A DNA stretch of 64,000 bases from positions 129,095 through 193,094 of the forward strand of contig JAZUQQ010000027.1 of assembly GCA_045605765.1 (NCBI GenBank). Reading direction: 5' to 3'. Below, one piece after another: positions 8,473-17,582 of the stretch. The notes under the pieces were generated by a model that had not been told where the DNA came from, did no database searches, and saw only the letters and a list, made by a program, of their open reading frames with translations. Numbering within the stretch: position 1 is the stretch's first letter; every line of letters begins with the position of its first letter. Made by a program: the position numbers and the translations under genes. This stretch comes from Eubacteriales bacterium. GTDB taxonomy: Bacteria > Bacillota > Clostridia > Oscillospirales > CAG-272.

Positions 8473-11400
8473 TTACTTATAATACTTGACTGCCGAGTCA
8501 AAGAGCTTCATCTCATACTTACCGATAACGTTCTTGTAGAGATTCTTACCGATACGCTCACTGTGTCCCATCTTACCGAGAACACGTCCGTCGGGGGAGG
8601 TTATACCTTCAACGGCAAGAACAGAGCCGTTCGGGTTGAACGCGGTATCCATCGTGGGATCACCTGAAAGGTCAACGTACTGAGTTGCGATCTGACCGTT
8701 CTCTGCAAGCTTGTGTATAAGCGCCTCGTCGGCAAGGAAACGTCCTTCGCCGTGAGAGATCGGCACGGTATAGATCTCGCCAACCTCGGTACCCGCAAGC
8801 CAAGGGGACTTATTTGTACAAACTCTTGTGCGAACAAGCTTCGACTGGTGGCGTCCTATTATATTATAGGTTAGCGTCGGGCAGTTTTCATCGGTATCAA
8901 TTATCTTTCCGTAAGGAACCAGTCCGAGCTTGATAAGTGCCTGGAAGCCGTTACAGATACCAAGCATAAGACCGTCGCGCCCATCAAGAAGCTTTCCGAC
9001 CTGTTCCTTGATTTCGGGGTTGCGGAAGAAGGCAGTAATAAACTTCGCAGATCCGTCAGGCTCGTCACCGCCCGAGAAGCCACCGGGAATGAACACCATA
9101 TTGCTCTCGGCGAGTTTTTTCGAAACAAGCTCAACGCTACGGCTGACGTCGTCAGAGGTGAGGTTTCGGATAACGACGATCTCTGCCTCTGCGCCCGCGT
9201 TTTCAAGAGCACGTGCTGAATCGTATTCGCAGTTAGTTCCGGGGAATACGGGGATAAGTGCCTTCGGGCGAGCGGTCTTGATTGCAGGAGCTGCTATAAT
9301 GCCGCCGTTATATGCAAATGCGGGTATATTGTTGCCCGTCGCCTTTGCATCTGTGGGATATACGTCCTCAAGAGTTCCCTCGTTAAGAGAGAGAAGCTCG
9401 GCGATAGTTGCCTTTTCGCTTCCAAGGTCGATTATCGGATCAATTACCGTTGTACCGATCTTTAATGCGTAGTCTGCCGTAACGTCATCGGAAAGCTCTG
9501 CAACGATAAAGTCGTACATCATTGTATTATACCAAGCGTCAACTACGGCACCGTTTGACTTAAATCCGATCTCGTTACCGAAGGACATCTTCATTATCGC
9601 TTCCGCAATTCCGTTTTCAACGGCATAAGCCGCTTTCACCTTGCCGTCAAGGCATACCTTGTGGAAGGCTTCCCACGCCGCCTTGGTAGAAGATGCTGTC
9701 TTATCCTTGGGAGCAAAGAGGTAAACGGGATCTCCCGCTTCCTTAAATTCGGGAGAAATTACGTTTTTAGCACTTATCGGAGCTATTGCGAAGGATATAA
9801 GCGTGGGAGGAACATCCTTGTCAAGGAATGTTCCCGACATAGAGTCCTTGCCGCCGATAGCTGCCGCACCAAGCTCAAGCTGTGCGTCCATAGCACCGAG
9901 GAGTGCCGCAAAAGGCTTGCCCCAGCGCGTCGGCTCACTGCGAAGCTTTTCGAAAAATTCTTGAAGCGTAAGATACGCGTCCTTATAGTCAGCACCAGAT
10001 GCCACGATCTTCGCCATCGAGCTATATACAGCCGCACGTGCTCCCGTGTAGGGATCGGTGCACATTGCGTCGGGATCAAGTCCCCACGCCATTACGCTCG
10101 CCTGCTCGGTGAATTGACCGGGAAGAACGGGAAGAACTGCCGCCATTGACTGGCAAGGAGTTTTCTGCGTCTTACCGCCAAAGGGCATAAGCACCGAGCC
10201 TGCGCCTATCGAACCGTCGAATCGCTCAACCAGCCCTCTTCTGCTTGCAGTTTTAAGGTCAGATGCCATCTCACGGAGATTTCCGTAAAGTGCCTTCGAG
10301 AACACCGAAAGATCTTTTTCGTTTACCTCGAGGCTTGTATGCTTGTCGGCACCGTTTGTATTGAGGAATTCACGGGAAAGATCGGCTATCGTCTGTCCCT
10401 TCCAGTTCATGACCATTCGTGCCTGCTTCGTTACGACTGCAACTCTGTAAGCTTCGAGGTTTTCGCTTTCTGCATATTTAATAAATTTATCTGCATCGGA
10501 TGCCTCAACGACGACCGCCATTCTTTCCTGAGATTCGGAAATTGCAAGCTCTGTGCCATCAAGACCGTCATACTTCTTACGAACTGCATCAAGATCGATT
10601 TCAAGACCGTCCGCGAGCTCACCGATAGCAACCGAAACGCCGCCCGCGCCAAAGTCATTACAACGCTTAATAAGACGGGTGACCTCTGGATTTCTGAACA
10701 GACGCTGGATCTTTCTTTCCTCGGGAGCGTTTCCCTTCTGTACCTCGGATGCCATGGTAGTAAGCGACTTCATATTGTGGCTCTTCGACGAGCCGGTTGC
10801 GCCGCCAATGCCGTCACGCCCTGTTCTTCCGCCGAGAAGTATAATAACATCCCCTTCTGCGGGACGCTCGCGGCGTACGTTATATGCGGGTGCTGCCGCA
10901 ACGACTGCGCCGCATTCAAGGCGCTTTGCAACGTATCCGTCGTGGTAGATCTCGGCAACGTGACCGGTTGCCAGACCTATCTGGTTACCGTATGAGGAAT
11001 ATCCTGCCGCCGCAGTCTGGCAAAGCTTTCTCTGCGGAAGCTTGCCCGAAAGAGTTGCACTCAGCGGCTTACGAGGATCGGCTGCGCCGGTTACACGCAT
11101 TGCCTGATGTACGTAAGCACGTCCCGAAAGCGGATCTCGGATACAGCCTCCTATACAGGTTGCCGCGCCACCGAAGGGCTCGATCTCGGTCGGGTGGTTG
11201 TGTGTTTCGTTTTTGAACATAAGGAGCCAGTCCTGATCCTCGCCGTTTACGTTTGCGGTAACGTGTATGGAACAAGCATTGATTTCCTCGCTCTCGTCAA
11301 GCTCGGGCAGAAGTCCTCTTTTCTTTAAGACCTTACCCGCGATAGTCGCAATATCCATAAGAGTCTGCGGACGCCTTGACGCCTTCTCCTTACCGTAAAC

Positions 11401-12165
11401 CTCGATTCTTGCATCAAGGTAACGCTCATACGCCTCGGCAACCGCCTTATCGGATATTTTAACGTTATCAATATGAGTTGAGAAGGTAGTGTGGCGGCAG
11501 TGATCTGACCAATATGTGTCAACAACGCGGATCTCGGTTATAGTCGGATCGCGGTACTCCTCGTTTTTAAAGTAATCTTGAAGGAATTTGAGATCATCAA
11601 GATCCATAGCAAGTCCAAGCGTGTCAAGAAGATCGGAAAGTCCTTTCTCGTCAAGCGAAATAAAGCCGTCGACCGTCGCAACGGTTTCGGGGATAGCGTA
11701 GTCGATAGCAAGCGTTTCAGGCTTTGCAAGATCGGCTTCACGGCTTTCGACCGCGTTGATTACGTACTTCTTGACGGTATTTACGTCATTATCTGTAAGG
11801 TTTCCGCCAAGAATATATACCTTCGCAGAGCGAACGGTAGGACGCTCACCCTGACTTTGAAGCTGAATACACTGAGCCGCCGAGTCTGCTCTCTGGTCAA
11901 ACTGACCGGGAAGCGGTTCAACTGCAAAAATCACACCATCGGTATTTTCAAGCTCATAGTACACGTCATCAAGCTGCGGCTCGGAGAATACGGTGTTTAC
12001 CGCCTGATTAAAGAGCGCCTGATCGATATTCTCAACGTCGTAGCGGTTGATAACACGTACCGAAGTGAGTCCTTCAATGCCGACGAGATTTTTAAGCTCG
12101 CTATATAAGCCGTTTGCCTCGTGCGCAAGTCCCGCTTTCTTTTCTACAAATATTCTGAATACCAT
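8473..12165 (-). CDS. purL: Phosphoribosylformylglycinamidine synthase, single-chain large form
   Basis: 1230 aa containing PurS-like, PurL (AIRS) and C-terminal glutaminase (GICNGFQ, HSER) regions in one polypeptide. Confidence 0.93.
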   Translation of the reverse strand: MVFRIFVEKKAGLAHEANGLYSELKNLVGIEGLTSVRVINRYDVENIDQALFNQAVNTVFSEPQLDDVYYELENTDGVIFAVEPLPGQFDQRADSAAQCIQLQSQGERPTVRSAKVYILGGNLTDNDVNTVKKYVINAVESREADLAKPETLAIDYAIPETVATVDGFISLDEKGLSDLLDTLGLAMDLDDLKFLQDYFKNEEYRDPTITEIRVVDTYWSDHCRHTTFSTHIDNVKISDKAVAEAYERYLDARIEVYGKEKASRRPQTLMDIATIAGKVLKKRGLLPELDESEEINACSIHVTANVNGEDQDWLLMFKNETHNHPTEIEPFGGAATCIGGCIRDPLSGRAYVHQAMRVTGAADPRKPLSATLSGKLPQRKLCQTAAAGYSSYGNQIGLATGHVAEIYHDGYVAKRLECGAVVAAAPAYNVRRERPAEGDVIILLGGRTGRDGIGGATGSSKSHNMKSLTTMASEVQKGNAPEERKIQRLFRNPEVTRLIKRCNDFGAGGVSVAIGELADGLEIDLDAVRKKYDGLDGTELAISESQERMAVVVEASDADKFIKYAESENLEAYRVAVVTKQARMVMNWKGQTIADLSREFLNTNGADKHTSLEVNEKDLSVFSKALYGNLREMASDLKTASRRGLVERFDGSIGAGSVLMPFGGKTQKTPCQSMAAVLPVLPGQFTEQASVMAWGLDPDAMCTDPYTGARAAVYSSMAKIVASGADYKDAYLTLQEFFEKLRSEPTRWGKPFAALLGAMDAQLELGAAAIGGKDSMSGTFLDKDVPPTLISFAIAPISAKNVISPEFKEAGDPVYLFAPKDKTASSTKAAWEAFHKVCLDGKVKAAYAVENGIAEAIMKMSFGNEIGFKSNGAVVDAWYNTMMYDFIVAELSDDVTADYALKIGTTVIDPIIDLGSEKATIAELLSLNEGTLEDVYPTDAKATGNNIPAFAYNGGIIAAPAIKTARPKALIPVFPGTNCEYDSARALENAGAEAEIVVIRNLTSDDVSRSVELVSKKLAESNMVFIPGGFSGGDEPDGSAKFITAFFRNPEIKEQVGKLLDGRDGLMLGICNGFQALIKLGLVPYGKIIDTDENCPTLTYNIIGRHQSKLVRTRVCTNKSPWLAGTEVGEIYTVPISHGEGRFLADEALIHKLAENGQIATQYVDLSGDPTMDTAFNPNGSVLAVEGITSPDGRVLGKMGHSERIGKNLYKNVIGKYEMKLFDSAVKYYK

Positions 12166-12186
12166 ATTCGTTTAAACTGCCTTTCT

Positions 12187-13458
12187 TTATTTTTCCTGAT
12201 ATGCTTTGAGTGCTCTCTGTCCTATATCACTTCGCCAGAAAGCGTTGTCGAAATGCACCTTATTTATATTTTTATAAGCCTTCTCGACAGCATTCCCGAG
12301 GGTGTCATCGATAGCGGTAACGCCAAGGACTCTTCCGCCCGAGGTAAGAAGCTTTTCGTTTTCGAGCTTTGCGCCCGCAACGAAGAGTTCCGCATCAAAC
12401 TCGCCGTCAACTCTTATTTCAAAGCCTTTTTCGTAGCTCGTGGGATATCCCTCAGACGCCATAATTACACAGCAGGCGTGATCACTGCTGAACTTGACCT
12501 CGATCTCTGAGAGCCTTTCGTCTGCAACTGCCATCATAATTTCGAGCAGATCGCTTTCGAGAAGCGGAAGAACGACTTGCGTTTCGGGGTCTCCGAAGCG
12601 GCAGTTGTACTCAATGACCTTCGGTCCGTCGGGAGTTATCATAAGTCCGAAATATAGGCAACCCTTGAAGGTTCTTCCCTCGGCGTTCATCGCCGCCATC
12701 GTGGGAAGGAAAATCTCCTTCATACAGCGCTCTGCAACCTCGTTTGTATAATACGGGTTAGGAGCGACCGTTCCCATTCCTCCTGTGTTAAGACCTTCGT
12801 CGTTATCGTGCGCTCTCTTATGGTCCATAGAGGATACCATCGGCACGAGAGTCTTTCCGTCGGTAAACGCAAGCACAGAGACCTCGGGGCCCGTAAGGAA
12901 TTCCTCGATAACTACGCGACTTCCGCTGTTTCCGAATACTTTATCTTCCATCATAGAGATAACAGCGTCTCTTGCTTCGTCTCTGGTCGTTGCGATTATA
13001 ACACCCTTGCCGAGCGCAAGTCCGTCGGCTTTGATAACGGTAGGTATCTTTGCAGTCTCGATGTATTCAAGCGCTTGCCTAGCATTCTCGAAGACCTCAT
13101 AAGATGCCGTAGGTATCGAGTATTTTTTCATAAGATTTTTGGAAAAGACCTTGCTTCCCTCAATTGCCGCCGCTTTGGCGGTGGGTCCGAAAGCTTTAAT
13201 TCCCGCATCACTTAGCGCATCGACCGCGCCGAGAACGAGCGGGTCGTCGGGAGCGACTACCGCAAAATCTATTTTATTGTCAAGAGCGAATTTGACGATA
13301 GCGTCAATATCCTTTGCGCCAATATTCACACACTCGGCATCGCCTGCCATTCCGCCGTTTCCGGGGAGAGCGTATATCTTTTCAACGCTGCTGTTTTCCT
13401 TTATTTTCTTTATAATGGCGTGCTCCCTACCGCCGCCGCCTACTACAAGTATTTTCAT
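12187..13458 (-). CDS. purD: Phosphoribosylamine--glycine ligase
   Basis: Starts MKILVVGGGGREHAII and has ATP-grasp motifs. Start trimmed to the ATG at 13458. The 18-aa K/F-rich extension in the ORF track is read-through of the repeat element. Confidence 0.93.
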   Translation of the reverse strand: MKILVVGGGGREHAIIKKIKENSSVEKIYALPGNGGMAGDAECVNIGAKDIDAIVKFALDNKIDFAVVAPDDPLVLGAVDALSDAGIKAFGPTAKAAAIEGSKVFSKNLMKKYSIPTASYEVFENARQALEYIETAKIPTVIKADGLALGKGVIIATTRDEARDAVISMMEDKVFGNSGSRVVIEEFLTGPEVSVLAFTDGKTLVPMVSSMDHKRAHDNDEGLNTGGMGTVAPNPYYTNEVAERCMKEIFLPTMAAMNAEGRTFKGCLYFGLMITPDGPKVIEYNCRFGDPETQVVLPLLESDLLEIMMAVADERLSEIEVKFSSDHACCVIMASEGYPTSYEKGFEIRVDGEFDAELFVAGAKLENEKLLTSGGRVLGVTAIDDTLGNAVEKAYKNINKVHFDNAFWRSDIGQRALKAYQEK

Positions 13459-13667
13459 TTTTATTTGAAACCCTTTTCGCAGAAAAACTTTTTGTAAAAA
13501 GTTTTTCCGCACCTTTTCAAAAACTTTTCTAACACTCTTTCAAAAACTTTTTTAAAACCCTTGCATATCCTTGTTTTAATTAAAGTTTTTGAAGTTCCAA
13601 GAAACTTTTTCAAAAAGTTTCTTGGTGTGGGTTCAAAACGCCGCAAGCGGCGTTGGGGGCAGAGCCC
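13459..13667 (-). repeat. Copy B of the box/hairpin repeat family (purH|purD junction), the largest copy
   Basis: Sense boxes at 13512-13528 and 13535-13550, plus one inverted box at 13583-13595. Perfect 12-bp hairpin at 13482-13507 and a 14-bp inverted repeat at 13597-13625. GC hairpin AACGCCG-CAAG-CGGCGTT at 13637-13654. Confidence 0.8.
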
Positions 13668-14852
13668 TTAGTGATGGAACAATCTCATTCCGGTAAACGC
13701 CATAGCCATACCGTATCTATTGCAGCACTCAATAACGAGATCGTCGCGTATCGATCCGCCCGGCTCTGCTATGTACTTAACTCCCGATTTCTTCGCACGC
13801 TCGATATTGTCACTAAACGGGAAGAATGCGTCCGATCCGAGAGATACTCCGTCGATCGTATCAAGATATTCTCTCTGTTCTTCCTTAGTGAAGGGAGCGG
13901 GCTGCTCGGTGAAGTATTTCTGCCAGTTGCCGTCCGCACAGACGTCCTCCTCGTTCTGGTTTATATAGCCATCGATAACGTTGTCTCTGTCGGGACGTCC
14001 AAGCGTGTCCTTAAAAGGAAGACTCAGCACTTTATCGCTCTGACGAAGGAACCAAGTATCTGCCTTGCCGCCCGCAAGACGGGTGCAATGAACTCTCGAC
14101 TGTTGACCTGCGCCGACGCCGATAGCCTGTCCGTCGTACGCAAAGCATACCGAGTTCGACTGTGTGTATTTAAGAGTGATAAGCGAGATTATAAGATCGC
14201 GCTTTGCGCTGTCGGGAAGCTCCTTATTCTCGGTAACGAGATTGTTAAGAAGTGCCTCATTTATCTCGAAATTGTTTCTTCCCTGCTCAAAGGTGATACC
14301 AAAGACCTGCTTATGCTCAACGGGCGCAGGAGTGTAGTTCGGATCTATTTTAACTATATTGTAGTTTCCGTTTCTCTTGGATTTAAGAATTTCAAGTGCC
14401 TCGCTCTCGTATCCAGGAGCTATAATTCCGTCCGAAACCTCTCTCTTTATAAGCTTTGCGGTAGTAACGTCGCAAACGTCCGAGAGTGCAACCCAGTCTC
14501 CGAAGGAGCACATTCTGTCAGTTCCTCTTGCTCTTGCGTAAGCGCAGGCGAGGGGAGACTCGTCAAGTCCTTCGATATCGTCAACGAAGCAAGCCTTTTT
14601 GAGCTTTTCGGGGAGCGGGATCCCAACTGCCGCGCTCGTCGGGCTGACGTGCTTGAACGAGGTAACTGCGGGAAGTCCGAGCGCCTCTTTCAGCTCTTTA
14701 ACAAGCTGCCACGAGTTGAAGGCATCGAGGAAATTTATAAATCCGGGTCTGCCGCAAAGTATTTCGATAGGAAGCTCGCTTCCGTCGTGCATAAATATTT
14801 TCGCAGGCTTCTGATTGGGGTTACAACCGTATTTGAGTTCAAATTCTTTCAT
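13668..14852 (-). CDS. purH: AICAR formyltransferase (PurH C-terminal-domain-only form)
   Basis: 394 aa. MKEFELKYGCNPNQ..AIGVGAGQQSRVHCTRLA..GSIRD..MAFTGMRLFHH matches the AICARFT half of PurH. There is no MGS-like cyclohydrolase domain. Confidence 0.88.
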   Translation of the reverse strand: MKEFELKYGCNPNQKPAKIFMHDGSELPIEILCGRPGFINFLDAFNSWQLVKELKEALGLPAVTSFKHVSPTSAAVGIPLPEKLKKACFVDDIEGLDESPLACAYARARGTDRMCSFGDWVALSDVCDVTTAKLIKREVSDGIIAPGYESEALEILKSKRNGNYNIVKIDPNYTPAPVEHKQVFGITFEQGRNNFEINEALLNNLVTENKELPDSAKRDLIISLITLKYTQSNSVCFAYDGQAIGVGAGQQSRVHCTRLAGGKADTWFLRQSDKVLSLPFKDTLGRPDRDNVIDGYINQNEEDVCADGNWQKYFTEQPAPFTKEEQREYLDTIDGVSLGSDAFFPFSDNIERAKKSGVKYIAEPGGSIRDDLVIECCNRYGMAMAFTGMRLFHH

Positions 14853-14958
14853 TATATTGTTCCTTTCTTTTTCGAGTAAAACTTCTTGAATGAAGTTTTA
14901 CTCAAACTCCTTTCAAGAACTTTGAATAATTTTCATTATGTAATGCGGCGAGTTTGTT
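14853..14958 (-). repeat. Copy C of the box/hairpin repeat family (purO|purH junction), diverged
   Basis: Sense box AAAGTTCTTGAAAGG (14909-14923). Perfect 12-bp hairpin GAGTAAAACTTC-TTGAAT-GAAGTTTTACTC (14874-14903). Confidence 0.7.
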
Positions 14959-15675
14959 TTACGCGTTCTTGTTTACTATTCTCGTTTCGCTCTCACCCGA
15001 TGCGATGTCGATATACCGAACAAAAAGCGAAACCTTGTTATCCTCGTTGAGATTTGTCCAGATAAGATCGGTGAGCGCGTCGATGTCCATATCGGGGAGC
15101 TCTAGGGTCTTGGGTTCGCCCTCAAAGGACGGAAGCGGATCGCCGTCACCGTTATAGGTGTGGATGAACTTTGCTCTGCCCGCTATCGGATTCGAGTAAG
15201 CGTATGTAAAGCGCTCGCAGGAGCTATCGTCTCCCTCTGCGCTCTTAAGAATTGACATAGCATAGTTCATATCTCCGTTTTCGCGATGGATTATTCCCGA
15301 AATACGCGGCGTAAAGTTCGGCTTGTCGTCCTCGAACTCGCGAGTTCTGAGTGCCTGCTCGAAGGTCATCTGCTTATCCATAAGCTCGTAGATCGTATCT
15401 GTCTGATCGCCGTTTGTTACGATAGTCTTATTTCCGAGCACTCTTACTGGATAGTAGATGATGAGATGAGGATCCACCATCTTCGACTCGTCGAAAGCCT
15501 TGGTTCTCATAGCGTCGCCCTCGGCAACGAAAACTCTGTTTCGGCTATTTACGCTTCTTCCCATAATGAAGTAAGCGGCGACCGCCTTTTTGCCGTCGGC
15601 ACTCTTGCCGATAATAATTCCTCTGCCGTGATATGCAAGAGAGTTCAGTTCTTCTTTGATAGTAGATACCTTCAT
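14959..15675 (-). CDS. purO: IMP cyclohydrolase, archaeal PurO-like type
   Basis: 238 aa. LAYHGRGIIIGKSADGKKAVAAYFIMGRSVNSRNR..IVTNGDQTD resembles the PurO family. Its position next to an AICARFT-only purH supports the call. Confidence 0.75.
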   Translation of the reverse strand: MKVSTIKEELNSLAYHGRGIIIGKSADGKKAVAAYFIMGRSVNSRNRVFVAEGDAMRTKAFDESKMVDPHLIIYYPVRVLGNKTIVTNGDQTDTIYELMDKQMTFEQALRTREFEDDKPNFTPRISGIIHRENGDMNYAMSILKSAEGDDSSCERFTYAYSNPIAGRAKFIHTYNGDGDPLPSFEGEPKTLELPDMDIDALTDLIWTNLNEDNKVSLFVRYIDIASGESETRIVNKNA

Positions 15676-15676
15676 T

Positions 15677-16306
15677 TTAGTTCTCCTTTATATATACCTT
15701 ATTGTTTTCAACCGTTATTCTTCCCTCGCAGAAAAGCTTTACCGCTTTGGGAAGTATCTTCCACTCTGCCTGTTCCATAATTCTCTTTTGCAAAGTCTCA
15801 GGAGTATCGTCCCGTCTGACCTCTACCGCCTTTTGAAGAATTATCGGACCTGCGTCACATTCGGGAGTAACGATATGTACGGTCGCGCCCGAAATCTTTA
15901 CACCCTTTTCAAGCGCCGCCTCGTGAACGTGAAGTCCGTAAAATCCCTTTCCGCAAAACGACGGAATAAGCGCAGGGTGAACGTTGATTATTCTGTTCGG
16001 AAATGCTTCATACACCTGCTCGTCAATGATAGTAAGAAATCCTGCCAGCACAACAAGGTCGATGCCCTGTGACGTCATCTCATCGGCAAGTGCCTTAGAG
16101 TAGTCGGCAATAGAGTCGTAGTCACGTCTTGCGAGGACTTTTCCCTTAATATTTGCATTTTTTGCGCGTTCGAGTGCATAAACGCCCGGTTTTGATGCGA
16201 TAACGAGAGTTATCTTTCCGTTTCCGAGCTCGCCTTTTGCCTCGGCGTCGATAAGCGCCTGCAAATTCGTACCGCCACCCGAAACGAGAACTGCAATTTT
16301 AGTCAT
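15677..16306 (-). CDS. purN: Phosphoribosylglycinamide formyltransferase
   Basis: MTKIAVLVSGGGTNLQALID..NVHPALIP..G..HEA (Asn/His/Asp catalytic set). Start trimmed to the ATG at 16306; the 31-aa extension in the track is repeat read-through. Confidence 0.92.
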   Translation of the reverse strand: MTKIAVLVSGGGTNLQALIDAEAKGELGNGKITLVIASKPGVYALERAKNANIKGKVLARRDYDSIADYSKALADEMTSQGIDLVVLAGFLTIIDEQVYEAFPNRIINVHPALIPSFCGKGFYGLHVHEAALEKGVKISGATVHIVTPECDAGPIILQKAVEVRRDDTPETLQKRIMEQAEWKILPKAVKLFCEGRITVENNKVYIKEN

Positions 16307-16433
16307 TTTTATTTTTCGCAGAAACCCTTTTTTCAAAAAGGGTTTCCGCCCCTTCCCAAAAACTTTCTTAGAGAAACTTTTTGAAAAAAGTTTCTCCAAA
16401 CCTCTTCAAAAACTTTTCTTAAATTTTGCTTGC
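16307..16433 (-). repeat. Copy D of the box/hairpin repeat family (purM|purN junction)
   Basis: Two sense boxes (16351-16366, 16401-16417). Two perfect 12-bp hairpins: GAAACCCTTTTT-TC-AAAAAGGGTTTC (16321-16346) and GAGAAACTTTTT-GA-AAAAAGTTTCTC (16371-16396). Confidence 0.8.
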
Positions 16434-17483
16434 TTAAGCGAGAATTACGCCGTCGTCACCCTTGATTATCTCACCGATAACGTAAGCGTCCTCACCGTGT
16501 GCTCTGAGAATTTCAAGCGCCGTATCGACCTCGCTTGCGGGAACGACAACGCTCATACCAACGCCCATATTATATGTATTGAACATATCTCTCTCGGGAA
16601 TATTACCCGTCTTTGCGATAAGATCGAATATCGGAAGAACCTTGACTGCGCTCTTATCGATCTTTGCGGTAAGACCGCTCGGGATAGATCTCGGAATATT
16701 CTCGTAAAATCCGCCGCCCGTGATGTGTGAGATGCCCTTTACGTCAACCTTTTCAAGAAGCGCGAGAATGCTTCTCACGTAAATTCTCGTAGGAGTGAGC
16801 AGAGTTTCTGCAATACTCTTTCCGCCGAGCGCATCGCAGGGAGTGTAAAGACTGTCGGGGTTATTATCTATATCGAAAACCTTACGACAAAGCGAGAACC
16901 CGTTTGAGTGAACTCCGCTCGAAGCGAGTGCGATAACGACGTCGCCCTCTGCCATTCTCTTATTATCGAGTATTTTCTTCTTATCAACGATACCGACCGC
17001 AAAGCCTGCGAGGTCGTATTCCTCTGTCGGCATCATGCCGGGATGCTCTGCGGTTTCTCCTCCGATAAGCGCCGCACCCGACTGAACGCAACCCTCGGCA
17101 ACTCCGCCGACGATAGACGCAATCTTCTCGGGAATGTTCTTTCCGCAGGCAATATAGTCAAGGAAGAAGAGCGGCTTTGCTCCGCAGCAGATTATATCGT
17201 TCACACACATAGCGACAGCGTCTATACCGATTGTATCGTGCTTATCCATAAGGATAGCCATTTTGACCTTTGTTCCACAACCGTCGGTACCCGAAACGAG
17301 CACAGGCTCCTCCATTCCCGCAATGGGAAGTCCGAAGCAGCCGCCAAATCCTCCGACGTCGTCGAGGCAGCCCTCGTTCTTGGTGCGCGCGATGTGCTTT
17401 TTCATAAGCTCAACAGCTTTGTATCCGGCAGTGATATCAACGCCTGCCGCTGCGTAACTTTCAGATCTTGAATTATTGTGCAT
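16434..17483 (-). CDS. purM: Phosphoribosylformylglycinamidine cyclo-ligase (AIR synthetase)
   Basis: 349 aa. SYAAAGVDI..VSGTDGCGTK..DYIA..ALASSGVHSNGFSL are typical PurM motifs. Confidence 0.93.
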   Translation of the reverse strand: MHNNSRSESYAAAGVDITAGYKAVELMKKHIARTKNEGCLDDVGGFGGCFGLPIAGMEEPVLVSGTDGCGTKVKMAILMDKHDTIGIDAVAMCVNDIICCGAKPLFFLDYIACGKNIPEKIASIVGGVAEGCVQSGAALIGGETAEHPGMMPTEEYDLAGFAVGIVDKKKILDNKRMAEGDVVIALASSGVHSNGFSLCRKVFDIDNNPDSLYTPCDALGGKSIAETLLTPTRIYVRSILALLEKVDVKGISHITGGGFYENIPRSIPSGLTAKIDKSAVKVLPIFDLIAKTGNIPERDMFNTYNMGVGMSVVVPASEVDTALEILRAHGEDAYVIGEIIKGDDGVILA

Positions 17484-17582
17484 AATTTTCCCCTATCCTT
17501 TCAAAAACTTTCTGCGAGAAAACTTTTTGAAAAAAGTTTTCTCGCGCTCTTTCAAAAACTTTACTTAAAATAGTTTTAAGTT
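17484..17582 (-). repeat. Copy E of the box/hairpin repeat family (purF|purM junction)
   Basis: Two sense boxes (17497-17511, 17547-17562) flank a 13-bp hairpin GAGAAAACTTTTT-G-AAAAAAGTTTTCTC (17516-17543). Confidence 0.8.

Noticed and set aside
13459-13512. K/F-rich N-terminal extensions on purD (MRKNFLQKVFLRKGFQIK), purN (16307-16399) and nrdR (49795-49920) in the ORF track
   Set aside because: The extensions are translations of the A/T-rich repeat element, which happens to be open in two frames. Canonical N-termini with an RBS or conserved starts (MKILVVGGGG, MTKIAVLVSGGG, MRCPIC) lie at the internal ATGs.
13461-13646. 61-aa ORF inside the purH|purD repeat (MRRFEPTPRNFLKKFL..), as a possible small protein
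   Set aside because: It lies entirely within repeat modules, is low in complexity and has no RBS. Equivalent reading frames are not conserved between the repeat copies.
13653-14879. 408-aa ORF antisense to purH
   Set aside because: It is a codon-aligned shadow ORF. Its start and end fall inside the flanking repeat elements.
13459-17582. Could the recurring hairpin repeats be a CRISPR array?
   Set aside because: The units are separated by whole genes and not by unique spacers of constant length. The repeats are imperfect and modular, and no cas genes are present.
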